Origin: Verrucomicrobiota bacterium
GTDB lineage: Bacteria; Verrucomicrobiota; Lentisphaeria; Lentisphaerales; Lentisphaeraceae
Assembly: GCA_039798785.1 (NCBI GenBank)
Contig: JBDKFG010000033.1
Coordinates: 1-48,384 of the forward strand
Length of the DNA: 48,384 nt
Direction: 5' to 3'
This document shows, piece after piece, positions 18,051 through 26,634 of this stretch. Below the pieces are notes generated by a model, which made no database searches, was not told the DNA's origin, and saw nothing but the letters and a program-made list of their open reading frames with translations. The position numbers and the translations under genes were made by a program. Every line of letters begins with the position of its first letter. Positions within the stretch are counted from its first letter, which is position 1.

Positions 18051-18133
18051 CTCGCTACGCGAGGCGAATCGATCTCGTGCTCAAACCCGTGGGCGATGCC
18101 CACGGCTATGCCAGCTTCGACCGCTACGCGGTG
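18051..18133 (-). repeat. REP-like half element (ACCGCGTAGCGGT, ATAGCC, GTGGGCATCGCCCAC)
   Basis: Minus strand reads hairpin-spacer-ATAGCC-hairpin, as in the other elements. Confidence 0.7.
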
Positions 18134-18205
18134 AGTTTTGAGCGAAGCACCAATTGTGTCCCAGCCGTGTCCCAGTTAGGTTGCGGACGAAGTCCGCTTT
18201 AGCCC

Positions 18206-18233
18206 TTCACACTTCCGCCTCCCCGGCTATATT
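18206..18233 (+). promoter_or_regulatory. Putative sigma70-type promoter of gltX
   Basis: TTCACA-N16-TATATT about 30 nt upstream of ATG 18265. Confidence 0.4.
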
Positions 18234-18264
18234 CGCGCCCTCCGCAAAATCCAAAGGTCCATCC

Positions 18265-19878
18265 ATGAGCAAATCCGACAGCGTCCGCGTTCGTTTCGCC
18301 CCCTCCCCCACCGGCAATGTCCACATCGGCAACATCCGCGCCGCCATCTTCAACTGGCTCTACGCCCGCCACTTCAAGGGCAAGTTCCTCCTCCGGGTCG
18401 AAGACACCGACCGCGAGCGCAGCACCAAGGCCGCGATCGACACCCTGCTCGAATGCATGAACTGGCTCGGCCTCGACTTCGACGAAGAGGTCTTCTATCA
18501 ATCCGCCCAGGCCGATCACCACCTCGCCATGGCCAGGAAGCTCCTCGACTTCGGCTACGCCTACAAGACCAAGGCCAAGCCAAAAGAAGGCGAAGTCGAA
18601 TCCCCCGGCGAAATCACCGTCTTCCGCATCCCTTGGAACGTCGAGGACTTCCCCTGCATCCGCTTCGTCCAGGACATGGAAGTCAAGCTCCATCCCGAAC
18701 ACGTCCTGCGGGTCGATCAGAGCACCCTCGCCTACGCCGGAGTTTCGTCCAAAGGCATGCCCATCCCCCTCGAAGGCTGCCTCGCCGGCTTCCGCGGCCT
18801 CAAGGCCTACGACGAGTCCGGCGCCGAAGTCTTCGACCTCGAGAAGTCGCACGCCGCCGCCCTCGCCGGCCAGGTCTTCGAGATCAAGGCGGCCCGCATG
18901 ACCTTCAAGCGCCACGCCGTCTTCTTCAACGACCTGGTCAAAGGCGAACTCGCCAAGCCCCTCGACACGATCAAGGACCTGACCATCGTCCGCTCCGATG
19001 ACAGCCCGATCTTCCACCTCGCCAACATCGTCGACGACATCACCCAGAAGATCACTCACATCGTCCGCGGCGACGACCACGTCGAAAACACCTACCGCCA
19101 CGTCCTGATCTTCGCAGCCCTCGGCGAAAAAGTCCCGGTCTACGCCCACCTGCCGATGATCGTCAACAAGGACGGCAAGCCCTATTCGAAGCGCGACGGC
19201 GACGCCTATGTCGGCGACTTCCGCACCAAGGGCTACCTGCCGGAGGCGCTCTTCAACTACCTCCTCCTCCTCGGCTGGGCCCCCAACGACGGACGTGAGA
19301 AGATCAGCCGTGCCGACGCCACCGCGATCTTCGATCTCGCCAAGGTGCGTTCCACCCCGGCCCAGGTCGACCTGCTCAAGCTCTTCGACCTCAACGGCCA
19401 GTACCTCGCCGAAATGCCTCCCGCGGAATTCCTCGAACTGGTCAAGCCCCTGGTCGAGGCCGAGCCCTGGTACAACGGCGACGAAGCCTACCTGGCGCAA
19501 GTCGCGACCTTGATGCAGAGCCGCTGCAAGCTCAGCATCCACGCCCTGCAGTGGGGCTACTTCTTCGGCGACGACGCCACTCCGAGCGACGAGAAGAGCA
19601 TCGACAAGATCTTCAACAAGCCCGGCCTTCGCGGCCAGCTGGAAGGGGTCGCGACGCAGCTCGAGACCTGCGAATGGAGCGTGGCCGGCATCGAAGCCGC
19701 GCTGCACGCCGCCTGCGACGCCGCCGGCCTCGGCCACGGCAAGCTGAACCAGGCGGTTCGTTTTGCCACCACCGCCGCCGGCGGCGGTGCCGACCTGACC
19801 GCCACCCTGGTCGTCATCGGCCGCGAACGCAGCCTCCGCCGCCTCCGCGCCAACGCCAGCAAGTTCTGCCCGGCCTGA
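18265..19878 (+). CDS. gltX: Glutamate--tRNA ligase
   Basis: RVRFAPSPTG, HIGN, LRVEDTD, RGDDH; KMSKS equivalent KPYSKR. Confidence 0.95.
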   Translation: MSKSDSVRVRFAPSPTGNVHIGNIRAAIFNWLYARHFKGKFLLRVEDTDRERSTKAAIDTLLECMNWLGLDFDEEVFYQSAQADHHLAMARKLLDFGYAYKTKAKPKEGEVESPGEITVFRIPWNVEDFPCIRFVQDMEVKLHPEHVLRVDQSTLAYAGVSSKGMPIPLEGCLAGFRGLKAYDESGAEVFDLEKSHAAALAGQVFEIKAARMTFKRHAVFFNDLVKGELAKPLDTIKDLTIVRSDDSPIFHLANIVDDITQKITHIVRGDDHVENTYRHVLIFAALGEKVPVYAHLPMIVNKDGKPYSKRDGDAYVGDFRTKGYLPEALFNYLLLLGWAPNDGREKISRADATAIFDLAKVRSTPAQVDLLKLFDLNGQYLAEMPPAEFLELVKPLVEAEPWYNGDEAYLAQVATLMQSRCKLSIHALQWGYFFGDDATPSDEKSIDKIFNKPGLRGQLEGVATQLETCEWSVAGIEAALHAACDAAGLGHGKLNQAVRFATTAAGGGADLTATLVVIGRERSLRRLRANASKFCPA

Positions 19879-19987
19879 GGGGCTTTTGCTTCTGAATCAG
19901 ACGAAGGACGAGATCCGGTTCTTCCTGCAAGTGTGTGGGTGAATTCTCTGCCTGAGCCCTGAGAAGCTCGTCGCGACAGGGTTGCTT

Positions 19988-20240
19988 CACTCCAAGGGAG
20001 TGGAAGATTTTAGCCCGGGGTTGAGCCGCATCGGCGACACCCCGGGTCAGCAGCCCGCAGAATCTGGCCCTGAAGGGGTCAAGGAGGCACGAAAGCCGGC
20101 ACATCAGGCGGACCCGCCCCCTCCGGCTCCATGCTTTCCGCGACTCCCTTCGGGGTCGAAAATCACAACTTCTTCTTACCCAGGGTGTCGCCGATGCGGC
20201 TCAACCCTGGGGCTAAAATCGCCGACCCGCTTCGGGGTCG
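19988..20240. repeat. REP-like inverted doublet (hairpin, TTAGCC, GGGTTGAGCCGCATCGGCGACACCC)
   Basis: The left arm 20010-20047 is mirrored at about 20178-20216; flanking small hairpins; between convergent genes. Confidence 0.85.
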
Positions 20241-20283
20241 AACAAACAATTGAGTGAGTGATAGACGCCAAGCCTCTCGATCT

Positions 20284-21966
20284 TCAGCGACACTCGATCT
20301 TGATGACCTTGCCCTTCACCGCGATGCCGATCTTCAGGACCCGCTCGCATTGCGCTTCCCGCAAGCGGGCGGCGTAGTCGCGTTTCACGATCTGCTCGAA
20401 GGCGGCGACGAGGGCCTGTTCGATCGTCTGCGCCTCGGTCGCGACCTTGAACTCGATCAGCTTGGCGCTGAGCTTCTTGGCGGGATCGCGGGGGATCATC
20501 AGCAGGTCGGCCCGGCCCTTGCCGGTCTCGGGGTTGGAGAGGATGACGAAGTCCTTGCGCAGGTGAGAGCAGATGCCGAAGAAAAGGCCGTGGATGAAGT
20601 TCTCCGGCACCTGGCCGAGATCGAAGTAGGAGGCGCAGCCGAGGAAGTAGCTTTCCAGCGACTCCTGCAGATCCGCGATCCGGTCCTCCGCGAGCATGAC
20701 GAAAGGAAGCTTGCTAGGGCCAACCCTGGCCTTGGAAAAGGCGTCGCGGACAAAGGTGCGGAAGGTGGTCTGGACTTCCCGATTGGGGATTTCCAACTTG
20801 TAAGTGGTGACGCCCTCGTCGTCGGTGATCTTCTCGTCCGCCTTGAGATAGCCGGCAAAGAGCATCAGGGACCAGAGGGCGTCGGAAGAGGGCAGGTCGA
20901 TCAATGAGGTAGCTTCGACAATTTCACGGCGGACGCTGCCGCCTGCGACGATCTCCATCATGTCCTTGCGGTCTTCGTCATCGGCAAGCTTGAGTTGCTC
21001 CCAGATCATCAGGTTGCTGGAGGTATTGACCCAGAAGGCTTCGGGGATGGCTTCGTCCGAGCTGGCGTAATGGGTGATCGACCAGGGGTTGTAGATGGTG
21101 TGGGGGCCGAATTTGTAGCCGTTGTACCAGGCGCGGCAGGCTTCCAGGTAATCCTCCTTGCCGAAGTCGACCAGGATCTGCCTGACCTCGTCTTCGGTGA
21201 AGCCGAACTTGTCGAGGAAGAAGCCCTTGTGGCGGCGATTGATGATGGTGTAGGGCTCGACGTTGTTGAGGCCGGAGAAGAGGGATTCCCGCGAGATCCG
21301 CAAGATCCCGGTGAGGCAGGCCTTGAAGACGTAGGGACTGTCCTTGAAGATGGAGGAGAGCCAGGGCCGAAGAAGATCAATCGCGGCGGGGTAGTAGCCC
21401 TTGGCGTAGGCGGCGTGGATCGGCGCGTCGTATTCATCGATCAAGACCACCGGCTGGATCTTGTGAAACAGAGTCAAAGCTTGGCAGAGAAGTCCGAGGG
21501 TCTTCTGCAGGTCTTCGCAACTTGCCTGGTTGCTCGAGATGCGATGGATGATTTCTTGGCCTTCTTGGTCAAGGGCGCCCCAGGCGGCACGATGCTGCCC
21601 AACCAAGCCGCTCATCTCCATCGCCAGACGACGATGGAGCGATTCGATATCGCCAGACTGCCAGTCCTTGAGCGTCAGGGTCAGCACCGGGTGCTTGCCC
21701 ATGTGTTTGGCGCAGAGCTCTCGATTTTCGAGGATCTTCATCCCCTGGAAGAGCTGGGCCTGATCGGCGTGCTTGAGATCGAAAAACTCCGCCGCCATGT
21801 CGAGATTGGTGGTCTTGCCGAAGCGGCGGGGACGGGGAATGACGAGAGACTGCTCCGCCAACAGGAGATCTTCGATGAAGAGCGATTTATCGATCAGGTA
21901 GCAACCGCGTTCGCGAAGGCCGCGGAAACGGGAGCAGGAGGTATCGAGGCGGGGGGGCTTGGTCAT
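20284..21966 (-). CDS. AAA-ATPase-like domain plus C-terminal PD-(D/E)XK nuclease (DUF1703-type) protein
   Basis: IDKS, RPRRFGKT, LIDEYDAP, LFSGLNN, WYNGY, YNPWS, SNPETGKGRAD...IEFK; alternative GTG start at 21978. Confidence 0.9.
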   Translation of the reverse strand: MTKPPRLDTSCSRFRGLRERGCYLIDKSLFIEDLLLAEQSLVIPRPRRFGKTTNLDMAAEFFDLKHADQAQLFQGMKILENRELCAKHMGKHPVLTLTLKDWQSGDIESLHRRLAMEMSGLVGQHRAAWGALDQEGQEIIHRISSNQASCEDLQKTLGLLCQALTLFHKIQPVVLIDEYDAPIHAAYAKGYYPAAIDLLRPWLSSIFKDSPYVFKACLTGILRISRESLFSGLNNVEPYTIINRRHKGFFLDKFGFTEDEVRQILVDFGKEDYLEACRAWYNGYKFGPHTIYNPWSITHYASSDEAIPEAFWVNTSSNLMIWEQLKLADDEDRKDMMEIVAGGSVRREIVEATSLIDLPSSDALWSLMLFAGYLKADEKITDDEGVTTYKLEIPNREVQTTFRTFVRDAFSKARVGPSKLPFVMLAEDRIADLQESLESYFLGCASYFDLGQVPENFIHGLFFGICSHLRKDFVILSNPETGKGRADLLMIPRDPAKKLSAKLIEFKVATEAQTIEQALVAAFEQIVKRDYAARLREAQCERVLKIGIAVKGKVIKIECR

Positions 21967-22056
21967 GATGAGTCTCACGGGTTCGCGGCAAATATACGCA
22001 GCAAATGCGGAACGGCGCGACTGGCGGAAGGGCGCGAGGAGGCTCGCAGAAACGGC

Positions 22057-22086
22057 GAATCCCCCGCAGCTTCCTGCGGGGGATTC
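22057..22086 (-). terminator. Strong hairpin after aspS (probable terminator)
   Basis: 13-bp perfect stem GAATCCCCCGCAG/CTGCGGGGGATTC directly after the aspS stop; weak U-tract. Confidence 0.6.
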
Positions 22087-22098
22087 TTGCGGCGCCGC

Positions 22099-23895
22099 TT
22101 ATTTGGCGTGATGGCCAGGCGGCAGGTCGACCTTGATCCGCAGCTCGCGCAGCTGCTTGGTGCTGACTTCCGCGGGGGCGTTCATCAGCAGGTCCTGCGC
22201 CTGCTGGTTGAGCGGGAAGGCGATGATCTCGCGGATGTTCTTCTCGCCGAGGATGAGCATCACCATCCGGTCGACGCCGGGAGCGATGCCGCCGTGCGGC
22301 GGGGCGCCGTGCTTGAAGGCATTGATCATGCCGGCGAACTTGGTGTCGACGGTGTCGCGAGCGTAGCCGGCGATCTCGAAGGCGCGGTACATGATCTCGG
22401 GAGAGTGGTTGCGGATGGCGCCGGAGCTGAGCTCGATGCCGTTGCACACCAGGTCGTACTGGTAGGCGTTGATGGTCAGGGGATCCTGGCTGTTCAAGGC
22501 CTCGAGACCGCCCTGGGGCATCGAGAAGGGGTTGTGCGAGAAGTCGACGGCCTTGGTCTCGTCGTTGAGCTCGTACATGGGGAAGTCGACGATCCAGACG
22601 AACTGGTAGTCGTTGGCGTCGATCAGGCCGAGCTCTTCGCCGAGCTTGGTGCGGACCTTGCCGGCGTAGTCGTTGGCGGTCTTCTCCTGTTCGGCGACGA
22701 AGTAGACGACGTCGCCGGTGTCGGCGCCGGTGGCCTGCTTGATCTGGGCGAGGACCGGTTCGGTAAGGAATTTGGCGAAGGGCGACTTGATGCCGTCGGT
22801 GTCGAAGACGAGGTAGCCGAGGCCCTTGGCGCCGAGGCTGATGGCGAATTCGCCCATCTTGTCGTGGAAGCCGCGGGACTGCGAGGCGGCGCCGGGGGCC
22901 TTGAGGGCGCGGACCACGCCGCCCTTGTCGATCACCGAGGCGAAGGCCTTGAACTCCGAGCCCTTGAAGGCGGCGGTGACGTCGGCGATGCGCAGCGGGT
23001 TGCGCAGGTCGGGCTTGTCGGTGCCGAAGAGGCGGAGCGAATCCTTGTAGGCGATGTGGGGGAACTGGCCGGCGGGCTTCTTCCACGAGGTGAATTCCTC
23101 GAAGGTGCCGCCGACGACGTTCTCGACCACGGCGAAGACGTCGTCCTGGGTGGCGAAGCTCATCTCCAGGTCGAGCTGATAGAACTCGCCGGGCGAGCGG
23201 TCGGCGCGGGCGTCTTCGTCGCGGAAGCAGGGGGCGATCTGGAAGTAGCGGTCGAAGCCGGAGACCATGAGGAGCTGCTTGAACTGCTGCGGCGCCTGGG
23301 GCAGGGCGTAGAACTGGCCGGGGTGGATGCGCGAGGGGACGAGGAAGTCGCGGGCGCCTTCGGGCGAGGAGGCGGTCAGGATCGGCGTCTGGAACTCGTT
23401 GAAGCCGAGATCGGTCATGCGGCGGCGCAGCGACGCGATGACCTTCGAGCGGACGACGATGTTGTGGTGCATCTTGCTGGTGCGCAGGTCGAGGTAGCGG
23501 TACTTGAGGCGCATGTGCTCGGGCATCTCGGTCTCGGCGGCGACCGAGAAGGGCAGCTCCTGCACCTTCGAGTGGAAGACGATGTCGTCGGCCTCGAGCT
23601 CGACTTCGCCGGTGGCGATCTTCGGGTTGACGGTGTCGGCGGCGCGAAGGACGCACTTGCCGGTGACGCCGATGACCGATTCGAGCTTCCAGTGGTGGAC
23701 GTCGGCGCTGAAGCCTTTCGAGGGGTGGACGACGACCTGGGTGATGCCGTAGTGGTCGCGCAGGTCGATGAAGACGATGCCGCCGAAGTCGCGGACGCGG
23801 TGGACCCAGCCGCCGAGGCGGACGGTCTGGCCGGCGTGCTCGGGGCGGAGCTGGCCGCAGGTGTGGGAACGGTGGGTGTGGAGTTTATCGCTCAT
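22099..23895 (-). CDS. aspS: Aspartate--tRNA ligase
   Basis: [52 protein letters not shown]. Confidence 0.97.
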   Translation of the reverse strand: MSDKLHTHRSHTCGQLRPEHAGQTVRLGGWVHRVRDFGGIVFIDLRDHYGITQVVVHPSKGFSADVHHWKLESVIGVTGKCVLRAADTVNPKIATGEVELEADDIVFHSKVQELPFSVAAETEMPEHMRLKYRYLDLRTSKMHHNIVVRSKVIASLRRRMTDLGFNEFQTPILTASSPEGARDFLVPSRIHPGQFYALPQAPQQFKQLLMVSGFDRYFQIAPCFRDEDARADRSPGEFYQLDLEMSFATQDDVFAVVENVVGGTFEEFTSWKKPAGQFPHIAYKDSLRLFGTDKPDLRNPLRIADVTAAFKGSEFKAFASVIDKGGVVRALKAPGAASQSRGFHDKMGEFAISLGAKGLGYLVFDTDGIKSPFAKFLTEPVLAQIKQATGADTGDVVYFVAEQEKTANDYAGKVRTKLGEELGLIDANDYQFVWIVDFPMYELNDETKAVDFSHNPFSMPQGGLEALNSQDPLTINAYQYDLVCNGIELSSGAIRNHSPEIMYRAFEIAGYARDTVDTKFAGMINAFKHGAPPHGGIAPGVDRMVMLILGEKNIREIIAFPLNQQAQDLLMNAPAEVSTKQLRELRIKVDLPPGHHAK

Positions 23896-24040
23896 CTTCG
23901 GTGTCCTCGAAAAATCTAGGGTTATTTAGAAGCTCGGGAATCTAGCTTGAGTCGCGGGAAATGGCAGGTCGGTGACACTGAAGAGGCGGGAATCCCGCAA
24001 AAACCTTGATTGAGAGAGGCCGAAATATTTTTTCGAGGTC

Positions 24041-24072
24041 TGTAAATCCTGCCGGTTTCGCGCCATGTTTGG
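24041..24072 (+). promoter_or_regulatory. Putative ECF-type promoter upstream of the ECF sigma gene
   Basis: TGTAAATCC-N17-GTTTGG after an AT tract; same motif and spacing recur at 25648. Confidence 0.65.
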
Positions 24073-24086
24073 AGAAAGGCCTGATC

Positions 24087-24662
24087 ATGAAAGCTCCCGA
24101 TCCCTACCAGACCCGTCCCTCGCTGCTGCGCCGCGTCAAGGATCGCGACGAAGGCGGCTGGCTGCTTTTCTATCAGCAGTATCGTCCCCTGGTCATCTGG
24201 CTTTGCGCCCGCCGCAGCCTCAATGAGGCCGGCGCCGTCGACCTCGTCATCCAGGCGGTGATGCTGCATTTCGCCAAGTCTGACTGGGAATACGACCGCG
24301 ACCGCGGACGTTTCCGCAATCTGATCCTGAAGGTCGCCGAATTCAAGATCCGCGAGATCCGGCGCGAGCAGCGGCGCCAGGAGCTGGGAGTCCCCTTCGA
24401 CGAGCTGCACGCCCCGCCGGTCTTCGACGAAGATACCGAAGCCTTCGAGGACGAGCGCGAAGCGCAGCTCGGCCGGGCCCTCGCCGCGCTCTGCGAGGAC
24501 CCGAAGATCCCGGCGGTGCAGCTCGGCGTCCTCACCCGCGTCCTGCAAGGGCGACCGGTCGACGAGATCGCCGCCACCCTGGAGCTGACGCCCGGCAACT
24601 GCCACGTCATCAAGCACCGCATGCTGCAGAAGCTCCGCCAGCAGATGGAGGCGCCGGAATGA
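24087..24662 (+). CDS. ECF RNA polymerase sigma factor
   Basis: TRPSLL...W..FYQQYRPLV, YDRDRGRFR, region-4 HTH DEIAATLELTPGNC; ATGA overlap with the kinase. Confidence 0.88.
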   Translation: MKAPDPYQTRPSLLRRVKDRDEGGWLLFYQQYRPLVIWLCARRSLNEAGAVDLVIQAVMLHFAKSDWEYDRDRGRFRNLILKVAEFKIREIRREQRRQELGVPFDELHAPPVFDEDTEAFEDEREAQLGRALAALCEDPKIPAVQLGVLTRVLQGRPVDEIAATLELTPGNCHVIKHRMLQKLRQQMEAPE

Positions 24663-26632
24663 ACTGCCTTGACGAAGAGCGCCTCATCCTCCTCGCCGAG
24701 GGCCTCGAGCCCGAGCCGGCGGAAGCCGCTCACCTGGCGCGCTGCCCGGCCTGCGGCGCGGCGCTGCAAAACTTCCGCGAGGCCAACGCCCTGGTCGAGG
24801 AGTTCCTGCCGCCCGCCCCCGCCGCCGAAGTCGACGACGGCCTCGCCTTCGGCCCCTACAGCGGCTGCCGCGAAATCGCCTGCGGCGCCATGTCGCGCGT
24901 CTACCGCGGACGCGATCCCGAGGGCCGCGCCGTCGCGGTCAAGGTCTGCCGCGACAGCTCGCTCCTCGACTCCTTCGGCAACGAAGTCAAAATGCTGCAG
25001 CGCTGCGCCGCCGCCGGAGTACCTGGCGTCGTCCCCCTGGTCGATGCCCGCCTCGATCATCTGCCGGCTTTCATCGTCACGCCCTATTTCCCCCGCGGCA
25101 CCCTCGGCCGCCTGCTTCAGGAAGGCCGCGTCGACGCCGAGCTGGTGCTTGGGGTCGCCGCCGGTCTCAGCCGCAGCCTCGCCGTCCTCGCCGAACTGGG
25201 CATCGTCCACGGCGACCTGAAGGCTTCCAACATCCTTTTGGACGAATCGGGCCGCCCCTGCCTCGCCGATCTCGGCGGCGCCCGCCGCGTCGCGGCTCCC
25301 GGCCAGAGCTCGACCCTGTCGCACGCCGGCCCCGGCCACATGAGCCTGGTCAGCATGTCGCCGGAACAGGCGCGAGGCCAGGACTTGAGCCCCGCCAGCG
25401 ACGTCTTCTCCCTCGGCGTCATCCTCTACCAGGCCGCCACCGGCCGCCACCCCTTCGCCGGAGGTACCTCCTGGGAAATGGCCTCGCGCATCCTCACCGA
25501 AAACCCCGCCGACCCGCGCCCCCTGCTCGAGCCGCGCTACCCGCCTCGCTTCGCCGAGCGCCTCGAAGCCTGCCTGGCCAAAGACCCCGCCTCGCGACCC
25601 GCCGCCGCCGAGCTCGCCGAAGAATTTTGCAAAAATCCGGAAAAACCTGTAAATCCGCCGCTTTCCCCGGCAAGTCTGGTTGAGCCCCGAGCTCAGTCCC
25701 GAAACCAGCCAAGGAAAATCCTCATGACCACGCTCATCGCCATCCCCCTCGCCGCGGCGCTCCTCCACTTCGCCGCCCCCGCGGAAGCCGCAAAACCGCA
25801 AGAAGCCGCAAACAAGAGCTCCAGCCAGTCCCAGTCCAGCTCCTCCAGCATCAGCAGCCGCACCGAAAACGGCCAGACCACCATCACTTTCAACGGCCAG
25901 GAAGTCTGGAAAGGCGCCACCACGGGCAAGGTCCGCGCACAAACCCTCAGCCGCGAGGGCCAGTCCTTCGCCGCCGCCTTCGATGGCGACCAAGTGCTCT
26001 GGGAAAGCTCGAAAGGCGCCGGAGCCGAGATCGAAAAAGACCTGCGACATCAAGAAGCCCTTAAAGCCGAAATCGAAGCCAAGCTGAAAAAAACCCAGAC
26101 CGAGCTGAAGCAAGCTCAGGAAAACTTGAAGAGCCCCAAGATCTCGCCGCAACAGCCGCCTAGCGCCCCCCTCGCACCCTCAGAACCCGAGGTCATCCCC
26201 GTCAATATCAAGGCCGTCAACGGGAGGTACGACGCTAAAAGCGGCGCAACGGAGTTCGCAGGATCAGTCCATGTCGATGACGGCACCATGAGTCTCGACT
26301 GCGATCGGATGACCGCCTACTTCATTGACCAGAAACCTGACGCGCCATCGGCAGGAAAAGTCAAATACACCGAGCCGGCCTCGGGGAAAGCGCTCCACCG
26401 CGTCGTCTGCGAAAAAAACGTCGTCATCCGCAAAGGAGATCAGCGAGCCACCGCAGAACGGGCGGAATATTTCTTCGAGGAAGGCAAGATCGTCCTCACC
26501 GGAAATCCCATTCTCAAGCACAAAAGAAGCACCGTCAAAGGCTCTCGCATCACCTATTACCGAGATTTTGAGACCTGCTCTGTTGAAAATCTGGATGCAA
26601 ACGGCCAAGACCTGCAACCGAGGAAGCCCTGA
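24659..26632 (+). CDS. Ser/Thr protein kinase with N-terminal HxxxCxxC zinc finger, an internal TM/signal segment and a C-terminal LptA/OstA-like domain
   Basis: HLARCPAC; VAVK, HGDLKASN, DLG, MSPEQ, SDVFSLG; hydrophobic LIAIPLAAALLHFAA; C-terminal FAGSVHV...DCDRM...NVVI...ATAERAEY...IVLTGNP...VKGSRITY. Confidence 0.75.
   Translation: MNCLDEERLILLAEGLEPEPAEAAHLARCPACGAALQNFREANALVEEFLPPAPAAEVDDGLAFGPYSGCREIACGAMSRVYRGRDPEGRAVAVKVCRDSSLLDSFGNEVKMLQRCAAAGVPGVVPLVDARLDHLPAFIVTPYFPRGTLGRLLQEGRVDAELVLGVAAGLSRSLAVLAELGIVHGDLKASNILLDESGRPCLADLGGARRVAAPGQSSTLSHAGPGHMSLVSMSPEQARGQDLSPASDVFSLGVILYQAATGRHPFAGGTSWEMASRILTENPADPRPLLEPRYPPRFAERLEACLAKDPASRPAAAELAEEFCKNPEKPVNPPLSPASLVEPRAQSRNQPRKILMTTLIAIPLAAALLHFAAPAEAAKPQEAANKSSSQSQSSSSSISSRTENGQTTITFNGQEVWKGATTGKVRAQTLSREGQSFAAAFDGDQVLWESSKGAGAEIEKDLRHQEALKAEIEAKLKKTQTELKQAQENLKSPKISPQQPPSAPLAPSEPEVIPVNIKAVNGRYDAKSGATEFAGSVHVDDGTMSLDCDRMTAYFIDQKPDAPSAGKVKYTEPASGKALHRVVCEKNVVIRKGDQRATAERAEYFFEEGKIVLTGNPILKHKRSTVKGSRITYYRDFETCSVENLDANGQDLQPRKP
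25648..25679 (+). promoter_or_regulatory. Internal putative ECF promoter inside the kinase ORF
   Basis: TGTAAATCC-N17-GTCTGG after an A-rich tract; RBS AAGGA at 25711 and in-frame ATG at 25724. Confidence 0.65.
25724..26632 (+). CDS. Probable separately initiated secreted LptA/OstA-domain protein (in frame with the kinase)
   Basis: Own RBS and ATG; signal peptide MTTLIAIPLAAALLHFAAPAEA; Ser-rich linker, coiled coil, Pro-rich linker, LptA-like domain. Confidence 0.6.
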   Translation: MTTLIAIPLAAALLHFAAPAEAAKPQEAANKSSSQSQSSSSSISSRTENGQTTITFNGQEVWKGATTGKVRAQTLSREGQSFAAAFDGDQVLWESSKGAGAEIEKDLRHQEALKAEIEAKLKKTQTELKQAQENLKSPKISPQQPPSAPLAPSEPEVIPVNIKAVNGRYDAKSGATEFAGSVHVDDGTMSLDCDRMTAYFIDQKPDAPSAGKVKYTEPASGKALHRVVCEKNVVIRKGDQRATAERAEYFFEEGKIVLTGNPILKHKRSTVKGSRITYYRDFETCSVENLDANGQDLQPRKP

Positions 26633-26634
26633 AC

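Noticed and set aside
15996..19737. Long minus-strand ORFs opposite the helicase and gltX
   Set aside because: Codon-bias shadows of conserved housekeeping genes
23780..23800. Calling AspRS discriminating or non-discriminating from RDFGG
   Set aside because: One residue is not diagnostic; needs asnS/gatCAB context
20995..23919. 974-aa plus-strand ORF
   Set aside because: Antisense to aspS and the AAA/nuclease gene; no recognisable domain
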